Assembly: GCA_903831305.1 (NCBI GenBank)
Contig: CAIKXE010000011.1
Coordinates: 12,002 to 76,001 of the forward strand
DNA from: an uncultured bacterium
GTDB lineage: Bacteria > Patescibacteriota > Minisyncoccia > Phycocordibacterales > GWA1-40-21
Length of the DNA: 64,000 nucleotides
Reading direction: 5' to 3'
Part shown: piece after piece, positions 55,943 to 64,000 of the stretch
Position numbering within the stretch: the stretch's first letter is position 1
Layout: each line of letters starts with the position of its first letter
Notes under the pieces: generated by a model
Database searches by the model: none
The model's input: only the letters and a program-made list of their open reading frames with translations
What the model was told of the DNA's origin: nothing
Made by a program: the position numbers and the translations under genes

Positions 55943-58225
55943 ATGGTAAAGAACACTGTCGGCGGTAAAAAAGAAGTGATGTTGGTCAAGAGCATTCAGA
56001 AAAGAGACGGCACTATCGTTCCTTTTGATTTAGCCAAGATTGTTTCCGCTATTCATAAAGGGATGCTCGTGGTCAATGAGGGTTCTTTAGAGGAGGCGGA
56101 GCTTGTAGCTACTAAAGTTTTTGCTGATTTGGTCCGAATTACCAAAAAATATCCGAATTTTGTGCCGACGGTGGAGGGGATACAGGACTCCGTGGAAAAG
56201 GAACTGATCCTAAGTGAATATGTGAAGACCGCCAAGGAATATATTCTCTATCGTCAGGAGCGGGCCAGATTGCGCGAGCAAGGGGTGAGTGTTCCACCTA
56301 AAGTGCGTAAACTAACCGCTGAAAGTAAAAAATATTTTCGTAACTCTTTGGGTGAGTTGGTTTATTACCGTTCTTATTCCAAATGGATTGAGGAGGAGTC
56401 TAGACGTGAGACCTGGATTGAGACAGTGGATAGGTATATGGATTATATGAAAAGCAAAATGGGTGCCAAATTAAAAACGGCTGAGTATGCGGAGCTCCGG
56501 GAGTCTATCCTCAAACAAGAAGTGATGCCGTCTATGCGTATGTTTCAGTTTGCGGGTCGGGCAGTGGAGAAGACAAACGTCTGTGCTTATAACTGTTCCT
56601 TTATTGCCCCATCTTGTTTACAAGACTTTGGGGAGATCATGTATCTATCCATGTGTGGAACCGGGGTGGGCTTCTCGGTGGAGAGTAAAAATATTCAGTC
56701 CTTACCACAGATAAAAATACAGACCAAGAAAAAGCTACCCACTTTTGTGATACCTGATACTAAGGAAGGTTGGGCTGATGCTCTGGTCTTTGGGATGAAG
56801 ACCTGGTATGACGGTCATGATGTGGATTTTGATTTTTCTAAGATCCGTCCCTCAGGTGCTAGACTAAAAATTATGGGTGGTCGTGCTTCTGGTCCGGATC
56901 CATTGATTCGCCTCTTGAAATTAGTGGGGGAGAAAGTCATGAAGAAGCAGGGTCGCCGTCTGTCAAACTTGGATGCTCATGACATTATCTGCTCTATCGG
57001 TGACTGTGTAGTGTCCGGTGGGGTGCGCCGTAGTGCTCTGATTTCACTTTCTGATTTAGATGATGAAACTATGCGTGATGCCAAGAAAGGTCAGTTTTAT
57101 CTCACTGATCCACAAAGAAGTATTGCTAATAACTCTGCCGTCTATATGCAGAAGCCTAGCAGTGTAGAGTTTATGGATGAGTGGGTGGCCTTGATGAAAA
57201 GTGGTTCCGGTGAGCGAGGAATATTTAACCGTGGGTCTTTAGCTAAGATGCTTCCCGAGAGAAGGATCAAAGCCCTTAAGGGTCATATTGAAGACTTAGG
57301 AACTAATCCTTGTGGTGAAATAATTTTACCTTCTAAGAGTTTTTGTAACTTGTCTGAAGTGGTGGCTCGTTTTGAAGATGATGAAAAGACCCTTTTAAAG
57401 AAAGCCAGACTCGCCACCATCCTCGGCACCTATCAGAGCACTTTGACAAACTTTGGTTATTTATCTAAAGAGTGGAAGGAAAATTGTGAGCGGGAGAGAC
57501 TCATCGGCGTGTCTATCACTGGTCAGTGGGATTGTCCGGCTATTAGGAATGAAGAGATGCTCCGCAAGATGAGGAAGGAAGTGTTAAAAGTAAATGAGAT
57601 CTATGCCAAACGTTTTGGTATTAATGCCTCTACTTGTACCACTTGTGTGAAGCCATCTGGTACTGTATCCCAGACGGTGGACTGCTCTTCCGGTATGCAC
57701 ACCAGACACGCACCGTATTATATCCGCCGCGTGCGCATTTCCGCTACGGATTCTTTATTTAAAATGCTCAAGGATCAAGGCGTACCATATTTTCCAGAAG
57801 TCGGTCAGTCCAAAGAAAGTGCCACCACCTTTGTTTTGGAGTTTCCTATCAAGGCTCCCAAGGCCGCAGTGTATAAGGACAGCTTGACCGCTATTGAACA
57901 GCTAGAATTTTGGAAGATGGTTAAAATAAATTATACCGAGCATAATCCTTCTATCACTATCTCAGTGGGGGAGAATGAGTGGATTTTGGTGGCTAACTGG
58001 GTGTATGAAAATTGGGATATTGTGGGTGGACTTTCTTTCTTGCCTCGTAGTGAGCATGTCTATCAGCTGGCCCCTTATGAGGAGATAGATGAGAAGAGAT
58101 ATAACGAGCTGTCTGAGAAAATGCGCAATATTGATTTCTCCAAGATCATTACTTATGAAAAGCATGATGAGACCGAGGCTAAAAAGGAGTTAGCTTGCAG
58201 CGGTGGAACTTGTGAAGTAGTGTAA
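55943..58225 (+). CDS. nrdJ: class II (adenosylcobalamin-dependent) ribonucleotide reductase with N-terminal ATP-cone
   Basis: KRDG...FD..KI ATP-cone; YNCSF, GTGVGFS, GGVRRSA, TNPCGEI, CNL, VKPSGT, C-terminal CSGGTC. Confidence 0.92.
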   Translation: MVKNTVGGKKEVMLVKSIQKRDGTIVPFDLAKIVSAIHKGMLVVNEGSLEEAELVATKVFADLVRITKKYPNFVPTVEGIQDSVEKELILSEYVKTAKEYILYRQERARLREQGVSVPPKVRKLTAESKKYFRNSLGELVYYRSYSKWIEEESRRETWIETVDRYMDYMKSKMGAKLKTAEYAELRESILKQEVMPSMRMFQFAGRAVEKTNVCAYNCSFIAPSCLQDFGEIMYLSMCGTGVGFSVESKNIQSLPQIKIQTKKKLPTFVIPDTKEGWADALVFGMKTWYDGHDVDFDFSKIRPSGARLKIMGGRASGPDPLIRLLKLVGEKVMKKQGRRLSNLDAHDIICSIGDCVVSGGVRRSALISLSDLDDETMRDAKKGQFYLTDPQRSIANNSAVYMQKPSSVEFMDEWVALMKSGSGERGIFNRGSLAKMLPERRIKALKGHIEDLGTNPCGEIILPSKSFCNLSEVVARFEDDEKTLLKKARLATILGTYQSTLTNFGYLSKEWKENCERERLIGVSITGQWDCPAIRNEEMLRKMRKEVLKVNEIYAKRFGINASTCTTCVKPSGTVSQTVDCSSGMHTRHAPYYIRRVRISATDSLFKMLKDQGVPYFPEVGQSKESATTFVLEFPIKAPKAAVYKDSLTAIEQLEFWKMVKINYTEHNPSITISVGENEWILVANWVYENWDIVGGLSFLPRSEHVYQLAPYEEIDEKRYNELSEKMRNIDFSKIITYEKHDETEAKKELACSGGTCEVV

Positions 58226-58227
58226 AT

Positions 58228-58301
58228 TAAAAAGATTAGGAAATTTTCTCGTAGCGATTAGTCCTGACGTTAAGCGAAGAGAATTTTTCCTAATCTTTTT
58301 A
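58228..58301. repeat. long intergenic inverted repeat (terminator or MITE-like)
   Basis: TAAAAAGATTAGGAAATTTTCTC...GAGAATTTTTCCTAATCTTTTTA. Confidence 0.6.
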
Positions 58302-58341
58302 TGTTGTTGCATTTATAATAAATATGTGTTATTATTATAAA

Positions 58342-58704
58342 GCTTCCGTATTGGACGATTGCTGGATATTAGCAATAGTATCTGGAGGAAAGTCCGAACA
58401 CAGCCAGGTGTTAGCAATAATATTTGGAGACAGGTAGTGGGTAACGCCCACCGTCCGCAAGGATAGAGGTGACCACAGTGACGTCAAAGGCGAAAGCCAG
58501 CGACTCCCTTCGGGGAGAATCCTACCGGAAGGTAGGAGTGCAACGAGCAAATCCTTACCCCTGTGCAAGGTCGTGTCCCGCAAAGCATTATGCGAAGTGG
58601 GAAGTGCCGCTTGATCCGCCGAGTAATCGGCGAGACAGATAAATGATCGTCCATCCTGCGATTTTTTCAAGGGAGGACAGAATTCGGCTTATAGGTACGA
58701 AAGC
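58342..58704 (+). ncRNA. rnpB: RNase P RNA
   Basis: GAGGAAAGTCC, GGGTAACGCCC, AGATAAATGAT and ACAGAATTCGGCTTA conserved regions; P1 GCTTCCGTA/TACGAAAGC. Confidence 0.95.
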
Positions 58705-58708
58705 ATTA

Positions 58709-58744
58709 TGCAAGATCGCTCCCCGAAGGGGCGATTTTGCATTT
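58709..58744 (+). terminator. hairpin terminator after rnpB
   Basis: TGCAAGATCGCTCC-CCGAA-GGGGCGATTTTGCA. Confidence 0.65.
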
Positions 58745-58820
58745 ACAGTGGTACGGTAATACGAGGTTGTTTTTGGTTTCCAAAAATATAAAAATTCCTG
58801 TATAATGACAAGTATTAGCA

Positions 58821-60497
58821 ATGGTTAAAAAGTTTTTCAATTTTTTTAATAAAGAAATTAGTGGCCTGCATGAGGCCGCATATTTACTTGGGTTTTTTGC
58901 TTTTATGTCACAGCTTTTGGCCTTGTTTCGGGATCGAATATTGGCAGCCACCTTTGGCGCTGGGCATGAGCTGGATTTATATTATTCGGCTTTTCGAATT
59001 CCCGATTTTATTTTTGTGACGGTGGCTTCACTCGTGGCTATATCTGTGCTTGTACCGTTTATTATTGAAAAAGTAAGCGTTAGTCCAGAAGAAAGTAAAA
59101 AATTTATTAATAATATCTTTTCTTTTTTCTTTCTACTGATCATCGCTGTCTGCCTGGTCACTTTTTTCTTGATACCGTATTTGGTACCAATTATTTTTAA
59201 AGGCTTTTCTACCGCGGATTTTTCTGAGCTGATAATCCTCACTCGGATTCTTCTCTTGTCACCGATCCTGCTTGGCCTTTCTAACTTTTTTGGTAGTATT
59301 ACTCAAGTCTATAAACGCTTCCTTATCTATTCTATTAGCCCGTTATTTTATAATCTTGGTATCATCTTGGGTATTTTGGTTCTATATCCGATATTAGGAA
59401 TTAAAGGCTTGGTCTACGGGGTAGTTTTGGGAGCAATTTTACATTTGGCAATCCAAGTTCCGTTTGTTATCAAACAGGGGATGTTTCCTAAATTCAGTTT
59501 CCGTTTTGATTTTAAAGAGATAAAAAAAGTCATGGTTTTGTCTGTCCCTAGAACCTTTACCTTAGGTCTCACCCAGATCACCACTATTTTCTTGATTGCT
59601 ATGGCTACTTATATGCAAGAGGGCTCAGTGGCGATTTTTAACTTTTCTTTGAATCTGCAGTCTGTCCCACTATCAATCATCGGTGTCAGTTATTCTATTG
59701 CGGCTTTCCCTGCGCTGGCTAGCTATTTTGCTAATAAGCAGAAGGAAAAGTTTTTGGCTGAAATAGTCACTTCCGCTCGACATATTATATTTTGGTCAAT
59801 ACCCATTTCCATTTTGTTTATTGTTTTACGGGCACAAGTGGTTCGAACCATTTTAGGAGCAGGGGAATTTAGCTGGTCAAACACCAGGCTCACGGCGGCA
59901 GCTCTCGCTCTCTTTTCGCTTTCGGCCATGGCTCAGGGTCTGATTTTGCTTTTTGTGCGCGGTTATTATGCTATGAATAATACTAAAAAGCCCCTCCTGA
60001 TCGGTACTATTTCTGGTATTCTGATTATTGTTTTGTCATATTCTTTTACCAAGCTTTTTGCTGGTAGCCTCCTCTTCCAATATTTTATTGAAGCACTCTT
60101 CCGGGTGAGTGATATTCCTGGTACTACGGTCTTAATGCTACCGCTTGGTTATACCCTGGCCGTCTTTATGAACTGTTTGCTCTTGTGGGTTTATTTTGAT
60201 CGGGAGTTTAAGGGTTTTACTAAGTCACTACTAGGCACACTCTTTCATAGTTTTTCCGCTTCAGTGATTATGGGGGCGGTTTCTTATCTCTGTCTAAATA
60301 TCTTTGACAATATCTTTAATATTAATAAGGTGTTTGGCATCTTTATGCAGGGTTTCCTGTCTGGTATTATTGGGATTCTGGCGGGGATCATAATTCTTAA
60401 AATATTAAAAAATAAGGAGCTAGAGGAAATCTGGCGTACGCTACACCACAAGATTTGGAAGGCTAAACCATTACCGGTGGATATTGTGGAGATTTAA
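58821..60497 (+). CDS. murJ: lipid II flippase MurJ (MviN)
   Basis: LLALFRDRILAATFGAG, AFRIPD, YNLGII, FVRGYYA..NTKKP. Confidence 0.93.
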   Translation: MVKKFFNFFNKEISGLHEAAYLLGFFAFMSQLLALFRDRILAATFGAGHELDLYYSAFRIPDFIFVTVASLVAISVLVPFIIEKVSVSPEESKKFINNIFSFFFLLIIAVCLVTFFLIPYLVPIIFKGFSTADFSELIILTRILLLSPILLGLSNFFGSITQVYKRFLIYSISPLFYNLGIILGILVLYPILGIKGLVYGVVLGAILHLAIQVPFVIKQGMFPKFSFRFDFKEIKKVMVLSVPRTFTLGLTQITTIFLIAMATYMQEGSVAIFNFSLNLQSVPLSIIGVSYSIAAFPALASYFANKQKEKFLAEIVTSARHIIFWSIPISILFIVLRAQVVRTILGAGEFSWSNTRLTAAALALFSLSAMAQGLILLFVRGYYAMNNTKKPLLIGTISGILIIVLSYSFTKLFAGSLLFQYFIEALFRVSDIPGTTVLMLPLGYTLAVFMNCLLLWVYFDREFKGFTKSLLGTLFHSFSASVIMGAVSYLCLNIFDNIFNINKVFGIFMQGFLSGIIGILAGIIILKILKNKELEEIWRTLHHKIWKAKPLPVDIVEI

Positions 60498-60633
60498 AAA
60501 GACACACCGCCCCGTCATCAGAATGCCACCCCGCCTTGACTAAGGCGGGGAAAGGGAACACTAGAAAAGTTAGGGTCTGCTTTCTCCTCCTTAGTCAAGG
60601 AGGAGTGGCGAGGCTTGGCGAGCCGAGGTGGTT
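60498..60633. repeat. REP/BIME-like pair of inverted palindromic units
   Basis: Forward unit ...GCCACCCCGCCTTGACTAAGGCGGGGA and a reverse unit TCTCCTCCTTAGTCAAGGAGGAGTGGC...GAGGTGGTT. Confidence 0.75.
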
Positions 60634-60649
60634 GTGTTAATATCTCATA

Positions 60650-62446
60650 ATGGATTTAAAGCATATCAGGAATTTCAGCATTATTGCCCATATTGATCAC
60701 GGTAAGTCCACCTTGGCTGACCGTATGCTTGAGATGACCCATACCATAGAAAAGCGTAAAATGATGGAGCAGGTGCTGGATAGTATGGAGCTCGAGCGTG
60801 AGCGGGGTATCACTATTAAAATGACCCCGGTTTGCATGAATTACAAATTAGATGGGGTGGATTATAAACTAAACTTGATTGATACGCCTGGGCATATAGA
60901 CTTCTCTTATGAGGTCTCTCGGGCTCTAAAGGCCGTGGAAGGCTCAATTCTGCTTGTAGACGCTACCCAAGGCGTTCAAGCTCAGACTCTCACTACCTTA
61001 AATATGGCTAGGGAATCAGGCCTTAAAATCATCCCAGTTGTCAGCAAGATAGACTCACCTTTGGCCCGGGTAGATGATGTCAAAATGGAAATTATCTCTC
61101 TTTTAGGGGTGGAGCCGGATGAGATTTTAGAAGTATCTGGTCGGACGGGTGAGGGAGTGGCAAATTTGTTAGCTGAAGTTATAAAGAGGGTGCCACCACC
61201 ACATGATGAATATCCCGGGGACAATACTTTCCGCTCTTTAGTTTTTGATTTTCAATATTCTAATCATCGTGGAGTGATTGTCTATATTCGGGTGCTTAAC
61301 GGCGAGGTGACAAAAAATACCCCACTTTTATTTAAAGTGGCCGATGAAAAGTTTTCTGCTCTTGAGGTCGGTATCTTTTCTCCTGGTGAAGTGCCAGTGG
61401 AGAAATTAACTTCCGGGGACATTGGTTATATTGTGACCGGAATCAAACAACCGGGCATTGCCTCAGTGGGAGACACTGTTTCTTCATTGAAGGACGCTAA
61501 TCCACCCTTGCATGGTTATATGACGCCAAATCCAGTGGTGTGGGCCTCAGTCTATCCAGAAAGTGCGGATGATTTTGATTTTTTGAAGCAAGCGCTCGGT
61601 CGGCTTCGATTATCTGACTCATCGTTTGTCCATGAGGAGGAATCCTCAGGAACTTTGGGGCGGGGCTTCCGTTGTGGTTTCTTGGGGATGCTTCATTTGG
61701 AAATAATCATGGAGAGGCTCAAGCGGGAGTTTAATTTAAATTTAGTGGTGACTAATCCGAGCATCACTTATAAAATTATTTATAAAAATGGCAAGGAAGA
61801 GATGATCTATTCACCGTCACTTTTCCCTGAGGATCATACCGTGGAGCAAGTGCTCGAACCTTGGGTCAATGTAAAAATTATTACACCAGCTAAATATTTG
61901 GGTGAAATAATGCAGAGTCTTTATGATCATGAAGCGGTGGTGGGGGACTCAGAAGTGTTTGGTGATACTAGGACTTCAGTCAGTTTGTCTATGCCACTGC
62001 GCGAGCTTATGCGTAATTATTTTAACGAGCTCAAAAGTCTGACTTCTGGTTATGCTTCTATTTCTTATGAGATTGGAGAGATGAAACTAGCTGATGTGGT
62101 CCGGTTAGATGTTTTAGTAGCGGATGAAATAGTCCCGGCTTTTTCTCGGGTAGTGTCTAGACGCCGAGCGGACATTGAGGCTGAGGATGCGGTGGAAAAA
62201 CTGCACAAGATATTACCTCGTCAGCTTTTTAATTTTAAAATTCAAGGTAAGGCTATGGGGCGGATTATTTCTTCCCGGAGTCTGTCTGGTATGAAGAAAA
62301 ATGTGACCGCCCATATGTACGGTGGTGATATTACTCGTAAAATGAAATTACGGGAAAGGCAAAAAGAGGGTAAGAAAAGAATGCAAGACCGGGGAGTGGT
62401 AAATATTCCCCAGGATGTGTTTCTCAAGATGATTCAGAATGATTAA
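60650..62446 (+). CDS. lepA: elongation factor 4
   Basis: IRNFSIIAHIDHGKSTLADR, ERERGITIK, DTPGH, GFRCGFLGMLH, YGGDITRKMKL. Confidence 0.97.
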   Translation: MDLKHIRNFSIIAHIDHGKSTLADRMLEMTHTIEKRKMMEQVLDSMELERERGITIKMTPVCMNYKLDGVDYKLNLIDTPGHIDFSYEVSRALKAVEGSILLVDATQGVQAQTLTTLNMARESGLKIIPVVSKIDSPLARVDDVKMEIISLLGVEPDEILEVSGRTGEGVANLLAEVIKRVPPPHDEYPGDNTFRSLVFDFQYSNHRGVIVYIRVLNGEVTKNTPLLFKVADEKFSALEVGIFSPGEVPVEKLTSGDIGYIVTGIKQPGIASVGDTVSSLKDANPPLHGYMTPNPVVWASVYPESADDFDFLKQALGRLRLSDSSFVHEEESSGTLGRGFRCGFLGMLHLEIIMERLKREFNLNLVVTNPSITYKIIYKNGKEEMIYSPSLFPEDHTVEQVLEPWVNVKIITPAKYLGEIMQSLYDHEAVVGDSEVFGDTRTSVSLSMPLRELMRNYFNELKSLTSGYASISYEIGEMKLADVVRLDVLVADEIVPAFSRVVSRRRADIEAEDAVEKLHKILPRQLFNFKIQGKAMGRIISSRSLSGMKKNVTAHMYGGDITRKMKLRERQKEGKKRMQDRGVVNIPQDVFLKMIQND

Positions 62447-62498
62447 AGACACACCACCTCGTCATCAGAATGCCACTCCTCCTTAGAAAAGGAGGAGA
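62445..62498. repeat. REP-like unit, same family as 60498-60551
   Basis: AAAGACACACCACCTCGTCATCAGAATGCCACTCCTCCTTAGAAAAGGAGGAGA. Confidence 0.75.
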
Positions 62499-62511
62499 TG
62501 CCGCCCGGGGA

Positions 62512-62622
62512 CTAGGACCAGAGAATAGGGATATACAAGGCAATCATACTAACAGCTACTAAAATACAAACAATCGCCCAAACTACACTGACCTTCTTTT
62601 TGTGTTTTTGATCAAATAACAT
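62512..62622 (-). CDS. 36-aa single-pass membrane microprotein, absent from the ORF track
   Basis: MLFDQKHKKKVSVVWAIVCILVAVSMIALYIPILWS*: basic N-terminus then one TM helix. Confidence 0.6.
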   Translation of the reverse strand: MLFDQKHKKKVSVVWAIVCILVAVSMIALYIPILWS

Positions 62623-62665
62623 ACGTTTGTTTTTAAATTATTAAGAGTTATACTATACTCTATAA

Positions 62666-63043
62666 ATGCTCGAATTTCAAGAAAAAAGAAGGTTAAAGCG
62701 GTTTATGTATTCAAGGGTCACTCTGGCTATTTTACTTATCATTGTTCTTTTTCTTTTTAATTCTGTTTGGAAAGTTTATCAAAAGCAGGATATGGCCAGG
62801 GATAATTTGACCAAGACCGCCGTCAGTTTGGCTAGTTTGCAGGCCCGAGAGAAAATGCTATCATCAGAAGTTGAGAGGTTAAAAACTGAGGCTGGCAAGG
62901 AAGAGGAGATCAGAGAAAAGTTTGGTCTGGTCAAGCCCGGAGAAGAAGTGATAGTGGTAGTGGATAAGGCTGACGGCCGGGGTCAAATTACCGCTACCTC
63001 ATCCCCGAGCTTCTGGGGAAAAATAGTAAATTGGTTTAGGTAA
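62666..63043 (+). CDS. septum formation initiator (FtsB/DivIC-like)
   Basis: TM helix, coiled coil, EEEIREKFGLVKPGEEVIVV. Confidence 0.85.
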   Translation: MLEFQEKRRLKRFMYSRVTLAILLIIVLFLFNSVWKVYQKQDMARDNLTKTAVSLASLQAREKMLSSEVERLKTEAGKEEEIREKFGLVKPGEEVIVVVDKADGRGQITATSSPSFWGKIVNWFR

Positions 63044-63047
63044 AACT

Positions 63048-63121
63048 TGGTGCGGGTAGCGAGAATCGAACTCGCGTCTCAACCTTGGGAAGGTCGCATT
63101 CTGCCACTGTACCATACCCGC
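63048..63121 (-). tRNA. tRNA-Gly(CCC)
   Basis: Reverse complement GCGGGTATGGTACAGTGG...CGACC-TT-CCC-AA-GGTTG...GTTCGATT...TACCCGCACCA. Confidence 0.95.
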
Positions 63122-63188
63122 GCTGGTACTTATCTTAGCAGATATGGTAGAATATTCCAGTGTTTATTAACAGTTAATAAAAAAAGAT

Positions 63189-63422
63189 ATGAAAAAAGTA
63201 GTTATATATTCCACCCCCACTTGTCATTATTGTCATTTAGCTAAGGGTTTCTTTGACGCTAAAGGTGTTAAGTATGAAGATTTTAACGTGGGTACTGACT
63301 TGGCTAAGAGGAAGGAGATGGTGGACAAGAGCGGTCAGATGGGGGTTCCGGTGATAGATATTGGCGGAGAAATCGTCGTTGGTTTTGACGAGGCTACCGT
63401 GTCACACCTGCTCGGTCTGTAG
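63189..63422 (+). CDS. glutaredoxin-like (NrdH/YruB-type) protein
   Basis: YSTPTCHYC, SGQMGVPVI, VGFD. Confidence 0.92.
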   Translation: MKKVVIYSTPTCHYCHLAKGFFDAKGVKYEDFNVGTDLAKRKEMVDKSGQMGVPVIDIGGEIVVGFDEATVSHLLGL

Positions 63423-63461
63423 TTTTAAATTTTTGGTTATTTGTGCTATATTGGGCACCAG

Positions 63462-63536
63462 GCCCTCATAGCTCAACGGATAGAGCAATCCCGTCCTAAG
63501 GGAGAGATGTAAGTTCAATTCCTACTGGGGGCACCA
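63462..63536 (+). tRNA. tRNA-Arg(CCT)
   Basis: GCCCTCA/TGGGGGC acceptor, TAGCTCAACGGATAGAGC D-arm, anticodon CCT, encoded CCA; one mismatch each in the anticodon and T stems. Confidence 0.88.
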
Positions 63537-63638
63537 AAAGACTGGAAATTAATTATAAAATAGTGTAATATCTTTTGTATACCAAACGCTGAGATATGCT
63601 GTTTTGGTAGATAACATCCTTTAGAAGAAAATACCAAT

Positions 63639-63711
63639 GCCGAGATAGCTCAGTTGGTAGAGCATTCCCCTGAAGAGGGAAGGGTCCCCAGTTCGAGCCT
63701 GGGTCTCGGCA
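63639..63711 (+). tRNA. tRNA-Phe(GAA)
   Basis: GCCGAGA/TCTCGGC acceptor, TTCCC-CT-GAA-GA-GGGAA anticodon arm, GTTCGAG T-loop. Confidence 0.95.
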
Positions 63712-63720
63712 CACAAAAAT

Positions 63721-64000
63721 CTACTGTTTTCCACCCATCCAAGTAGGGAGAGCGGGGAGCTTGTCTGTGATGGTTTTTATACTGTTTACACTATCACGCA
63801 TGCCGTTGTAGCTTTTTATCAAGGGGTCAATAAACGGTTGTATGGCGTAGTAAGCACCAAAAGTAGCTCCAATAATGATGACCCAATACAAGATCCGGAG
63901 GATAGTAGAGATCCGGGCACTACGGCGCATACCGCGTAACATTTTATTGTTTTCTTCAGCCAGCTCTATGGATTTGGTCAATAACTCTCTTTCTTCTGGT
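63721..64000 (-). CDS. small membrane protein, start lies beyond the right edge (partial)
   Basis: Frame stays open to the edge (PEERELLTKSIELAEENNKML...), one TM helix. Confidence 0.7.
   Translation of the reverse strand, partial: PEERELLTKSIELAEENNKMLRGMRRSARISTILRILYWVIIIGATFGAYYAIQPFIDPLIKSYNGMRDSVNSIKTITDKLPALPTWMGGKQ

Noticed and set aside
58335-58951. Minus-strand ORFs 58335-58670, 58588-58821 and 58706-58951
   Set aside because: Shadows of rnpB, its terminator and murJ
60498-62498. CRISPR array
   Set aside because: Only three dispersed palindromic units, no regular repeat-spacer period and no cas operon; DUF2779 is Cas4-like only in fold
63047-63244. 65-aa plus-strand ORF
   Set aside because: Antisense to tRNA-Gly and overlaps the glutaredoxin start
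63453-63460. GGGCACCA duplicating the 3' end of tRNA-Arg just upstream of it
   Set aside because: Only 8 bp with no intervening element; compatible with chance
1-64000. Alternative genetic code (UGA = Gly, code 25)
   Set aside because: Conserved genes are full length under code 11 and TGA appears to act as a stop (for example at 30216, 34617 and 43978)

Overview
The window looks like part of a small, AT-rich Patescibacteria (CPR, Parcubacteria-like) chromosome using genetic code 11. The taxonomy is inferred from gene content and order, and all product calls come from motifs recognised by eye, not database searches. The left ~44 kb is accessory-rich. It holds a defence-type block (NERD nuclease, thermonuclease, GmrSD/DUF262, a nuclease-helicase-methyltransferase RM fusion with a half-MTase partner, a 1065-aa membrane protein, DUF2779, and an unannotated 45-aa hyper-acidic ORF). 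Next comes a ~21.7 kb co-oriented run (NUDIX, Ddl, kinase, ProRS, S66 peptidase, GrpB). This run contains a carrier-protein-free biosynthesis-like cluster (HD, SAM-MTase, two adenylate-forming ligases, SSS transporter, asparaginase, peptidase E, PLP enzyme, a remodelled LysRS paralogue, thioesterase, HD) and ends in a multi-TM histidine kinase/receiver module. It is followed by a mobile-element remnant (ArdC-like, SymE-like, SSAP-like), a strongly structured pseudoknot-capable RNA leader and a TPR-PIF1 helicase. The right ~20 kb is core: gatB, rpiB, rpe, fba, rnj, an oppA-like gene, secG, lemA, htpX, pgsA, nrdJ, rnpB, murJ, lepA, a ftsB-like gene, a glutaredoxin and four tRNAs. It also carries REP/MITE-like palindromes, two of them inside gatB. 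Many genes across the window have a -10 box 6-7 nt before the ATG, suggesting leaderless mRNAs.
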